64,000 nucleotides of DNA from Squalus acanthias (Eukaryota). The stretch covers positions 43,462,001-43,526,000 of the forward strand of contig CM059425.1 of NCBI GenBank assembly GCA_030390025.1, written 5' to 3'. The notes beneath the pieces were generated by a model. It saw nothing but the letters and a program-made list of their open reading frames with translations, had not been told where the DNA came from and ran no database searches. Positions 50,359 through 61,860 of the stretch are shown one piece after another (position 1 is the stretch's first letter; each line of letters starts with the position of its first letter). Both the position numbers and the translations under genes were made by a program.

Positions 50359-50360
50359 AA

Positions 50361-50641
50361 CATACCTGTTTTTATATCCTCAATTTTCTTTGTTCCACCA
50401 TTGGCAGCTGTACCTCCAGCTGCCAAGGCCCTAAGCTCTGGAATTCCCTCCCTAAACCTCTCCGCCTCTCTCACCTCCTTTAAGACGCTCCTTTAAACCT
50501 ACCTCTTTGACCAAGCTTTGGGCATCTGTCCTAATATGTCCTTGTGTGGCTCGGTGTCAATTTTGTTTGATTACGCTTCTGTGAAGCGCCTTGGGACGTT
50601 TACTTTGTTAATGGCACTATATAAATGCAAGTTGTTGTTGT
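50361..50641 (+). mobile_element. L2 LINE 3' end
   Basis: Homologous to 9010-9287, ttg tail. Confidence 0.88.
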
Positions 50642-51483
50642 TTGTCCAAAATGTTAACTTGTCTATTTCTCTCTCCACAGATGCTGCCTGACCTGCTGAG
50701 TGTTTCCAACATTTTCTACTTTTGTTTCAGATTTCCAGCACCTGCAGTTTTTTTGCTTTTTACTCGATTGCCAAATTTAACTGAGGCTAACACCTCAGAC
50801 TGTTGTCAAAATAGCCGTAGTTAATGCGTATCCATATTCTTATCTTACCTCTGCTCTTTATGAAATTGGCTATACCGACACAATCACTGAATGTAAATGG
50901 TATAATTTGCAAGCATACACCAGCAGACATGAACCCACGCGCTGTGTTTAAAAATAACTGTTGCTAAGTAATAACTGGAAGGATACAGGATTAAGCGGAT
51001 AAAAAAAATAACAATTCATAAGTAAATACTGACCTTTATTATATTGAAAAACCCAGTTATTATGTGGGAACATGGCCTATTTGCTGAAATACCGTATTTA
51101 CTATAGTCTTCATAAAAAATAATCTGAAATGGAGTCCATCCATCACAAAATGAAATTACCTTTAGCAGAATGAGTAACTGGTGAGTGCCGCAATTCAAAA
51201 TTAAATATATAACCTTGTATTCAAGAATAACTGGGTGAGCCTGTTAGAATAATTGAGTTGTAGATGTAGGAATACGTGTGAAAGAAGGAAAGAAATTGGC
51301 TGCTGTGAAGGATTACTTAATCGCCACTGTCACATCATTTCACAGTGTGGGGAATTAGTAGTTGTAGATTCTCCCTTCAGTTTTCCAGCTTTACCCCTAC
51401 TCTCTCAAAGTCAGTGCTGGCTTACGGCTCTCTGTTAGCTCATGCAAGTCGCCATTCTTTGAGAGTTAGTGTCAGCGGCGATT

Positions 51484-51940
51484 TAACGTATGGAGAGAGC
51501 TTGGGACGATTGGGCTTGTATTCGCTAGAGTTTCGAAGAATGAGAGGGGATCTCATTGAAACTTATAAAATTCTAACAGGACTAGACAGACTAGATGCAG
51601 GAAGGATGTTCCTGATGGCGGGGGAGTCCAGAACCAGGGGTCACAGTCTAAGGATAAGGGGTAAGCCATTTAGGACTGAGATGAGGAGGAATTTCTTCAC
51701 CCAGAGAGTGGTGAACCTGTGGAATTCTCTACCACAGAAGGCAGTTGAGGCCAATTCATTAAATATATTCAAGAAGGAGTTAGATATATTTCTTAAGGCT
51801 AAAGGGATCAAGGGATATGGGGAGAAAGCAGGGACAGGGTACTGAATTTGGATGATCAGCCATGATCTCATTAAATGGCGGAGCAGGCTCGAGGGGCCGA
51901 ATGGCCTACTCCTGCTCCTATCTTCTATGTTTCTATGTTT
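51484..51940 (+). mobile_element. CR1 LINE 3' fragment
   Basis: LGLYSLEFRRMRGDLIE..FFTQRVVNLWNSLP; ttctatgt tail. Confidence 0.93.
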
Positions 51941-53328
51941 TTAACTGTGAAAAATCATCTTACTGGCCCTCAGTGTCCACGATTCAGTCCTCACCTCCCA
52001 GTCACAAATGTTCTTCCAGCAAGACTCTTTTGCCCAGCTCAGGGTGTTGCATCCAACTGTAGCACTCCCACTGACAGCCAACTGAAATCATCACAGATCA
52101 CTAACTGGACATCCCAGGTCAACTAGAGCAACTATCGAGGTGATCTTTATTTGTAGATACCAGCCCCGATAATCTGCAATGGGCTATTGAGGTGCCTCTT
52201 AGTCTAACCGCCAAGAGCCACCTGCTGGGAACCTCCGACACTGATCATGGGGGATCTTGCTGGATTAGGGGGAGGTGCCCTGATTTGCTTCCCAACGGCG
52301 GGCACCTCACTAGGAGGGCATCTGGGGCACCTGGTTGTTGGCGAGTATGCCTGGTCTGACTTGTGCTTAGACTGCTGGGTAGCAAAATTTCACTAAGTCG
52401 CTACTGTTCTGCTCGAGAGTTGTGATTTTGTTTAGCATTTATTTTTTTGTAGGGGTCCGAGGCTCTACCCGCCCCAAACATGGCAATTGTGGTAAGGGGG
52501 CGGGGCAGGGACGGGGACTTCCTACATCGGGAGTTCCTGTGCCCTGGGCTTTTGGAGGGGCCAGCTGTATAGTCAGCAGAGGCACACCTAATACCAACAA
52601 GCTGCAGTGTGGAGATCATGATCCTGCCTCTGGCCCCTGAGGAAAAAGTTCAATTTTATCTTAATTTTAAAATCACAAAGGGTACCCGATACGTCCCACC
52701 CCACTCAGGCTATCTTCACACAGGGTGGGTGCCCCAGATGTTCTAGTGTCACAGACGATCGCCATTGGGACACGAATCAGGGGACCTCCTGCTGACCTCA
52801 GAAAGTCCATCAGGATCAGCGGCAGAAGTTCCCAGTGGTGCATCTCGACAGTTATGTCCTATTGCAGACTCTGCCCTTTAAAAAAGATTCCGAATTATAA
52901 AATATGTGCATTGTTGTTAAAATCGGGCATTCTGGGAGATATTATTATCCAATTATCCATTTATTAAGACGAGATATGGTTACGTTATTAGTTTTGTGAT
53001 TAGTACCTGGTGTTTTATGATCATGAAACTGATAAAATCATCTACCAAGGACCTTTTTTAGAAAAGACACAGGCTAAATATTTGTGGGGAGAGTACGGGG
53101 GAGGATGAAAATGGCTGGAGAAGCCGGCAAGGTGGGGTATGAGGAGGTCCTGCTGAACTTAACGGCAGGATCTCATTATCACTTTTCTTGATCCGTTTCC
53201 CACTCGGCAACTGGCCAAATTGACAGCATAGCCGGCGACTGGGAGGGAACACTAGCGGCTGGTGTCCGCAGCCTGGGACCCTTGGGGACGGTCCCCGGCT
53301 TGGAGGGGAGGTCGGCAATCGGCAGGTA

Positions 53329-53538
53329 GGAGAGAGAGACCGCGAATGGGCGGGGGGAGAGAGAGGCCGCGAATGGGTGGAGGGAGAGAGAGGCCGCGAA
53401 TGGGCAGGGGGGAGAGAGAGGCCGCGAATGGGCAGGGGGGAGAGAGAGGCCGTGAATGGGCAGGGGGGAGGGAGAGGCCGCGAATGGGCAGGGGGGAGGG
53501 AGAGGCCGCGAATGGGCGGGGGGAGAGAGAGGCTGCGA
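53329..53538 (+). repeat. 27-28 bp GC-rich minisatellite, about 7 copies
   Basis: Unit gagagagaggccgcgaatgggcaggggg. Confidence 0.93.
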
Positions 53539-53779
53539 TCAGCAGGGGAGGCCGAAGGCTTCCTAGAGTGGTAGGACTTAGATGTGCAGCCAATACAAAA
53601 CCACCAGGGAGTAGGGGACATGCCTGTTATTGGACGATCAGTCATCCATGTGGCATCTCAGAGATAATGTCAATTTAGTGCCTATTGATACCAAATTATG
53701 GGCATTTTTGTGCTGTGGACAAATGCACACTAGGAATCGTTCAGACAACCAAAACACATTTCATTAAGATCCTTTTAAA

Positions 53780-54230
53780 TAAAAACTTGCATTTATATAG
53801 TGCCTTTCACGACCACCGGACATCTCAAAGTGCTTTACAGCCAATGAAGTACAGTCACTGTTGTAATGTGGGAAACGCGGCAGCCAATTTGCAGACAGCA
53901 AGCTCACACAAACAGCAATGTGATAATGACCAGATAATCTGTTTTTGTTATGTTGATTGAGGGATAAATATTGGCCAGAACACTGAGAATAACTCCCCTG
54001 CTCTTCTTCGAAATAGTGCCATGGGATCTTTTACATCCTACCTGAAAGAGCAGACAGGGCCTCGGTTTAACATCTCATCCAAAAGACTGCACCTCCAACA
54101 GTGCAGTGCTCCCTCAGCACTGCACTGGAGTTTCAGCCTAGATTTTTGCGCTTAAGTCCCTGGAATGGGACTTGAACCCACAACCTTCAGACTCAGAGGG
54201 GAGGGTGCTACCCACTGAGCCACAGCTGAC
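53780..54230 (-). mobile_element. Near full-length DeuSINE
   Basis: Reverse complement of 7557-7950 plus tail. Confidence 0.9.
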
Positions 54231-54507
54231 ACTCCTTACTGTCTCTCCTTAAGATTAAGGAGAGACATTCATCTTAACACCACAAGGCATGCAGCAGTTC
54301 AACGAGAAGGCCCATCACCACCTTCTCAGGGCAATGAGGGATGAACAATAAAAAGCAAGCTTGCCATTGTTGGCCACATCTTGTGGACAAATAGATTTCA
54401 AACCATTCTGTCCCCTGGCTATTATCTTTCCACCTATTTGCTAATTAAATAATCATTGTAGCCCAATATGCACCAAAGTGTAGAACCTACGTTTCTGAGA
54501 ACAGAAT

Positions 54508-55451
54508 GATGCAGATGCAATACAATATTGGAAAATGTGAGGTTATGCACTTTGGCAGGAAAAATCAGAGAGCAAGTTATTATCTTAATGGCGAGAAACT
54601 GGAAAGTACTGCAGTACAAAGGGATCTGGGGGTCCTAGTGCAAGAAAATCAAAAAGTTAGTATGCAGGTGCAGCAGGTGATCAAGAAGGCCAATGGAATG
54701 TTGGCTTTTATTGCTAGGGGGATAGATTATAAAAACAGGGAGGTATTGCTGCAGTTATATAAGGTATTGGTGAGACCGCACCTGGAATACTGCATACAGT
54801 TTTGGTGTCCATACTTAAGAAAAGACATACTTGCTCTCGAGGCAGTACAAAGAAGGTTCACTCGGTTAATCCCGGGGATGAGGGGGTGGACATATGAGGA
54901 GAGGTTGAGTAGATTGGGACTCTACTCATTGGAGTTCAGAAGAATGAGAGGCGATCTTATTGAAACATATAAGATTGTGAAGGGGCTTGATCGGGTGGAT
55001 GCAGGTAAGGATGTTCCCAAGGATGGGTGAAACTAGAACTAGGGGGCATAATCTTAGAATAAGGGGCTGCTCTTTCAAAACTGAGATGAGGAGAAACTTC
55101 TTCACTCAGAGGGTAGTGGGTCTGTGGAATTTGCTGCCCCAGGAAGCTGTGGAAGCTACATCATTAAATAAATTTAAAACAGAAATAGATAGTTTCCTAG
55201 AGGTAAAGGGAATTAGGGGTTACGGGGAGCGGGCAGGAAATTGGACATGAGGCTGAGTTCGGATTGGTCGAGGCCCTGTGGGTGGCGTAGCGGGCCCAGG
55301 GGCTGAGTGGCCGGGTCCTGCTCCTACTTCTTGTGTTCTTTAGATTTGAGGTTAGGATCAGATCAGCCATGATCTTATTGAATGGCGGAGCAGGCTCGAA
55401 GGGCCGATTGGCCTACTCCTGCTCCTATTTCTTATGTTCTTATGTTCTTAT
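54508..55451 (+). mobile_element. CR1 LINE 3' fragment with tandem 3' UTR
   Basis: RT C-terminal motifs in ORFs 54506-55030 and 54987-55250; two successive UTR modules. Confidence 0.93.
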
Positions 55452-57419
55452 CTTCTGTGGGAGATTGATGTGATTAGATAGAAACATGCACACAGTGGGA
55501 TTCTGATATTCAAGAAAATAGAAGAGTTTGAAACTTCTGACAAAAACCTTTCAGCGGTCCCATGAAAAATATTTAGGAATTAAATGAAATCTTTCAGAAG
55601 TCTGCACTGTTGACAGGCAGACTTTTCTGAAATGAACTTGTGTAGTTCTGCATCAAAGGACTCAATTGCTGGAGGATTTTTTCTTTTGGTGCTCCCTTCT
55701 TAGCTATCAAGAGTCTGAGCTATAGCAGCAAGGGTTAGAATTTCCTATGTCCACTAACCTTAGCTAAAAATTAGCTGAGTAAAAGTGGGGAAACATTGTT
55801 TATACTCATGTTATACTAGAATAACAAATGGAGGAAAATATGCCTCCAAAAGTTCAAGGCAGTTCACTCAGCACCAGGGACGAGATGCTCTATCCTTTGT
55901 CCACTTGAAGAACACCCATTGCTATGTGCTACATATTAAATCGAAGTAGATTTCTGGCAGCATGCGCTACACTCGGTTCTGTATATAGATAACAGATATG
56001 TGACAATTAGAAACAGTTCTGTCATCCAGCGATCTTTGCCTAGCACGCCCAAGATATTAACTAGATATGTGCAACAGAACTGTAATCACACCCTCCAGTG
56101 CAATCTACTTTATTATAAATCACTTGAAATTGAAGTTTAAAAAATTGATGCAAATGGACTTGCTGAATTATTCATTACAATGACCGAATCTGAACGTAGA
56201 CTTTTCAATCTCGGTTTTTCCGCTTTTGGAATTTCCTTCCCTTTCTGCCTCTCACCTTTGCTTCCATTAATCTCCTGCTCATAGTGCAGATGAGCAGGCT
56301 TGCAGGCGCCCTCAATATACCATGCTAGCTTTATCACTAACAGAATGGCTAAGTGAGTTCATCACCAGTACAACTGGCACCTTCCACTAAGCCATCCCGG
56401 GAGCATTCCAGTAAGAACCTCACATTGGCGTTTGAAGAAAGAAGAAAGAAAAGGTGGCAAATACATGAAGAAAGGTTGACCGTATAAATTTAAAGGCCTA
56501 TTAAAATGATAAAGTAGGAAACAATAAATAGTGTGACATACTATAGGTACAGTAATAAAATTCGAATGCATTTTACAGTCCATAATTATCTAGTTGGATG
56601 AAGTGCAAGCCAGTTCCACAGAGATATTGCTGAATAGCCATTACAGTAATTTGAAGAATAGAATTCAACCAGTAAAAAAGAATGGATTTCAGATCCTTAC
56701 TTATATACTTTTAATTCAAGTTTGGTAATTAATTCACATATTGCAGTGGAAGAGAGATTTGCAATAGAAGGGCTTTCCTGTTCAAACAGTCTTTTATTCC
56801 ATCATTTATATAGTCCAATGCAAGCTTCCTATGATGGACTGAATAGGTTTCTGTCCAAGGTGTCAAATTAATGCAAATCATTTTGAAAAGTTAATCTTCA
56901 CAGGGGCAGAGTTCATAGGTTGTGAATGAGCTGTATTGCAGCATTTCTAAAAACAATTTTCTATATTATTTGTCTGACGGTGCTCACCATTTCCCTTAAC
57001 ATTAGCCCTTTGAGTAATTCTTTGCATAATCATTATTGCACTCCATCTTAGATCTATTTTATAATGATATTGGTTTTCTTCACCCAAACCATAAAAGGAA
57101 ATCTCACATTTTAGACTTTCGTTATTACGAGTTCTCAATGGTGCAATAAATGTAATCAAAGTAAATATGCCTTCCGGCAGGGTTATCGCTTAGGCAGCTT
57201 CCCATAATTCCTGGCAGGCTGCTTTCCATGGGAATTATCAAATTCCCCACCTTTCATTTTAATCATAGCGTCCCGAAAACCTGTCACCGATGTCATTGTC
57301 TGCAGAAGTGATTCCTTGATACCTGAGGCTGCCGTGTGAACAGTAACTGCAGTGATTATTGCTGCCTGTGCACTGGTGCTTTGCTGCTGACAAGGTGAAT
57401 GAAGTGTCGCTGCTTGCGA

Positions 57420-57640
57420 GCAGGGGCCACGTGCATCACTAAAAGAAGGTGGTACCCGCGAGTACTCTGACTCCCCATCCCCAACAGCAACGTAAACAGA
57501 ATTCAGCCCTGCTGCCAGGGGAAGAGATGGCCACGTGTTTGACCTCACGTGCTGAGCCTCTCTGCCCATACAGGCCTTGCAAGCACTGCGAATCCTTTCC
57601 CTAGCGATTGGTAAGATGCAGCTGTTGGTTACGTAGTTGT
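57420..57640. promoter_or_regulatory. Candidate promoter/enhancer with three CACGTG E-boxes, CCAAT and D-box-like site
   Basis: CACGTG at 57428, 57532 and 57546; gattgg at 57606; gttacgtag at 57628; CpGs retained in non-repeat DNA. Confidence 0.4.
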
Positions 57641-58077
57641 AAACTGCAGTTTAAAAATAAACTGCACATCCACCAAGTTACACTTGTGTTGAGGTGATAA
57701 TAGCTGCTGATGCAACGGCTCAGAAATATAAATGGGATGCTGCCTGACCAGCTGAGTGCTTCCAGCATATTCTGTTTTTATTTCCGATTTCCAGCATCCG
57801 TCGTATTTTGCTTTTGTATACATGGGATGCGTTCTCCAGCACCAGGAATTCAGAGCTGGTATTCAGAACTGCTTCTGGAATATAAATGTGCTTTGAAACT
57901 TGTTTTACGGCCACTTTATGGTCACAGTTAGCCACCTGACAGTGTGTTGCCAGCAGAGGATTCTTAGTTTGTGTTCTAAAGCCTGTTAACACTAGATTTC
58001 AGATATGGTCTCAGCTCTGAGGCAAAACAGCCAGTGTGAATGAACTGCAGATTCTATGGGCAACCTGCCATAAGTAC

Positions 58078-58495
58078 TTATGCCCGATATGAGACTCCCA
58101 AAACAAGCGCTCTACTCGGAGCTCCGACACGGCAAGAGAGCCCCAGGTGGGCAGTGGAAACGCTTCAAGGACACCCTCAAAGCCTCCTTGAAAAAGTGCA
58201 ACATCCCCACCGACACCTGGGAATCCCTGGCCCAAGACCACACAAAGTGGAGGAGAAGCATCCGGGAAGGCGCCGAACACCTCGAGTCTCTTCGCCGGGA
58301 GCAAGCGGAAGCCAAGCGCAAACAGCGGAAGCAGCGCACGTCAACCCAAGCACCCCACCCACCCCTTTAACCACCGTCTGCCCCACCTGTGACAGAGACT
58401 GTAGGTCCCACATTGGACTCATCAGTCACCTGAGAACTCATTTTTAATGTGGAAGCAAGTCATCCTTGGTTCCGAGGGACTGCCTAAGAAGAAGA
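58078..58495 (+). mobile_element. RTE LINE 3' end
   Basis: RLPKQALYSEL..KRFKDTLK, C2H2 motif CPTCDRDCRSHIGLISHLRTH, (aag)n tail. Confidence 0.93.
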
Positions 58496-59688
58496 CTGGC
58501 ATTTCTGGGCAACACAGATGTTATGTGTGCGAGGGCCCATTGCCGACTGATAAGATAGAGACATAGTTACAGCACTAAAGAACGCTTTACTGTTATTTTC
58601 TACACAGTTAATATTTTAGATTTGGTGAAAATGAATGCTGTTTTAGAATATTTTCATCTTATATTGAATTTCTTGGGAACATGAATTCCCCACTATCCCT
58701 GTACTCGTGTTTCAGTTCTGATTCACGACACAGTACAAAAACATCAAAGAAAATAAAAAGCAATTTAAAATCGCATTTTACTTCCACATATTTCTGCACT
58801 TTTCAATCTATCCATCAGCAGAGACTTTGCACGAACTTTTTAACAATAAGAAGGGCTTGTGTGTATGGGAAGCTTCAAATGAATCTTATCTCAACAACTG
58901 GAGTTGATTTACAGCTTCACTGGGTAAAATGCACTAAGTGAAGAATGGGAGAACATTATAGGAATATAAAATATTTGATATATTTTGGACATCATAAATA
59001 GAATAATGTATAAGCAGATGGACATATAAAACAACTGAAAGGTTCAGGTAAACCATGATAGAGAAGCTCAAGTGGTTTATGCACATTACCGGACTCCCCA
59101 AGTAATGATGACTTTAATACACACTTATTGCTTAGCTTTCTTTTACTTGTGGAGGTTCTAACTTCATATCCTGCTGGTAGTCTGGGCTGTCTAATACTGA
59201 ATTATGCCAGCAATGATAAATTTTGAAACCTTTCTCAAATAAGCCATCATCTATCACTTGTGACTGGTGGAAGTATATAACATATAGAACAATTGACTCT
59301 TGCAAGGGAGCTACAAGGCAATAATGTAATCAAAGGGTTTCGATGACATCTTAAATGACAACTGCAATGCTTGTAGCTTCTAAATTTATCTGAATTTGGA
59401 GTTTGTCATACTCTGAATTCCCTTTGAGATCACAACATGTTTATTTGCGGCGCGGGGGGGCTTTTTATGTTATTTGAACTTGTGTAAAAGTGCTTTGCGC
59501 TTTTTTTTTCAGGATAAATATCTTATTTCCACTTAGCATGATCCATCTGCCTCTTACCTCAAAGGGCTCTGTCTTCTTGCAAATGCACTTGGCAAATATT
59601 TAATTGCTTGGAAAAGAAGAAAAGCTAAGTGTTACAAATGATGCGTAAATAATTTGAATTCCATAATTGCGACAATGGAGAAGATTCT

Positions 59689-60244
59689 GGGGGAGAAATT
59701 CATTCGAGCCCCGTTTGGGGCGCTAAATTTTAGATTAGCCAGGCGCTAATGTTTCCAAACTTTTAAAAAATTCGGTTTTGCACTCCAAGAAGGAAGTGGA
59801 GTGTTATCAAGCGCTCCACTTCCTTCTTGGAGCGCAATCAGCAGCAAGCGGGGCAGAGACTTCAGCAGCGCTGCACACTGGGCCGTGCAGTGCTGCCGCG
59901 TTCAAAGGCTCCTTCCCTCCCTTAAAGGGAACGGCCATCGCTGCAGGCTCTGCAATAGAAAAAGTACCTACCTGGACCATCAAGGTAGCCACAGAGTGCC
60001 GGGCTGATCGATCGCGGGCAGATATTATGCAAAAAAAGCGGAACAAAGGTATTTTTTTTTTACTTACCTCGGCCACCTTGCCTTAAATCATCGCCCTCGA
60101 AGCTGCCGGCCGACCAATGCATGCCTCCTGTGGCTGTCGGTGTTTTCACCCGGCGCTGCTGCAGAGGGGAAAGTCAATTTCAGGGCCAGGGTGATGTGCA
60201 CAGCGATGATGTCACGATCTCCGGGCAATGCCATAGCGCCGCCG
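59689..60244. mobile_element. Harbinger-type MITE related to the 9307-10198 family, right end truncated
   Basis: gggggagaaattc..ccccgtttggggcgc start as in 25219. Confidence 0.75.
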
Positions 60245-60494
60245 GGAACGGTAGCACAGTGGTAATGTTACTGGGCTAGTCATCCAGAAGCCTGCACTAA
60301 TGATCCAGAGACATGAGTTCAAATCCCACCACCACAGCAGCTGGGGAATTTAAATTCAGTTAATTAAATAAATCTGGAATAAAAAGCTAGTATCAGTAAT
60401 GGCAACCATGAACTATCAGATTGTCATAAAAACCCATCTGGTTCACTAAAGTCCTTTAGGGAAGGAAATCTGCCGTCCTTACCTGGTCTGGCCT
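60245..60494 (+). mobile_element. tRNA-headed SINE, 3' truncated
   Basis: A box tagcacagtggt, B box gagttcaaatccc; body matches 25010-25059 in reverse. Confidence 0.8.
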
Positions 60495-61520
60495 GTAGTT
60501 ACTAGGAATGTCCTTCCGCCCTTTCTTGAACAATGGTGTCATATTTGCCACTTTCCAATCCTCAGGCACCTCCCCCGAATCTAGGGAACATTGGAAAATT
60601 ATGGCAAGCCCTTCCGCTATCTCCTCCCCCAATTCCCTTAGCAACCTGGGATGTAAGCCATCTGGACCAGGCAACTTGTCCATTCTAAGCATACCCAGCC
60701 TTTCTAGTACAGCTTGTCTATCAATTTTCACCCCTTCCATTGCTTCTACCTTTTCCACTTCTACCAATATTTTGTCAGCATCCACCTCCTTAGTAAACAC
60801 CGATACAAAGTACTCATTGAGTATTCTAGCCTTGCCCTGCGCCTCTAAGCATATATCACCTTCTTTGTCCCTAATAGGCCCCACCCTGCCTCTTACTACC
60901 CGCTTACTGTTTACATGCCGGTAGAAGATTTTTGGGTTCCCTTTTATGTGAACTGCCATTCTACTCTCATATTCTCTCTTTGCCAATCTTATTTTCATCT
61001 TCACATCCCCTCTCAACTTAGTGTATTTGGTCTGGTTCTCCCTTGAAGAATTCAACTGACATGTATCATACACCCTCTTTTTTTGTTTCATCATCTTCTC
61101 TATCTCCCTCGTCATCCAAGGAACCTTTGCTTTGGTTCCTTTACCCTTCCCTCTTGTTGGAATGTACCTAGCCTGTACTTGGAACATCTCCTCCTTAAAG
61201 ATCACCCATTGTTCTGTTACAGTTTTTCCTGTCTGTCTTTGGTTCCATTTTACCCTGGCTAGATCCTTTAGCATCCCATTGAAGTTAGCCCTATTCCAGT
61301 TTAGAAGTTCCACTCTAGATTGTTCCTTGCTCCTCTCTATTGCTAATCTAAATCTTATGAAACGATGATCACTCGTACCCAAGTGTTCTCCCACAGACAC
61401 TTGGTCGACCTGGCCCACCTCATTCCCCAGCACCAGATCCAGCAATGCCTCCTTCCTAGCTGGGCCAAGAACATACTGGTCAAGGAAATTCTTCTGAATG
61501 CATTTCAGAAATTGTACACA
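60488..61520 (-). mobile_element. CR1 LINE ORF2 internal fragment (endonuclease end to RT start)
   Basis: LLDLVLGNE..HLGTSDH..PGPDGLHPRLLREL..PLFKKG..NYRP. Confidence 0.93.
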
Positions 61521-61526
61521 GCAAGA

Positions 61527-61860
61527 TCCCACTAACAGCAATGAGCTGAATTTGTTTGTAATGGTGTTGGTTGAAGGAAGAATGTTGGCCAGGACACAGG
61601 GAGACACAAGGAGAACTCCTTGCTCTTCTGCAACCTTTAACCTCTCTACCTGAACCACTGGAACAGGCAGACATGGCCTCGGTTTCACCTATCCTCTGAA
61701 GGACATTCCAATCAAAGCAGCACTTCCGCTATGCTGCGCTGGAATGTCAGCCTAGATTATGTGCTGAAGACTATGTGATGTAGGGCTTGAATGCATAACC
61801 TTCAGACTCAGAAGTGAGAGTGTTACCAACTGAGGCAAGTCAAAACAAACTGAGCCAAGC
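61527..61860 (-). mobile_element. Degraded DeuSINE
   Basis: Diverged match to 39900-40205. Confidence 0.7.

Noticed and set aside
49548-50474. 308-aa ORF as one gene
   Set aside because: Chimera of antisense L2 sequence and CR1 RT; ORF 60456-61688 is likewise a SINE/CR1 chimera
57183-57569. 128-aa minus-strand ORF
   Set aside because: No domain similarity; region is better explained as regulatory or UTR sequence
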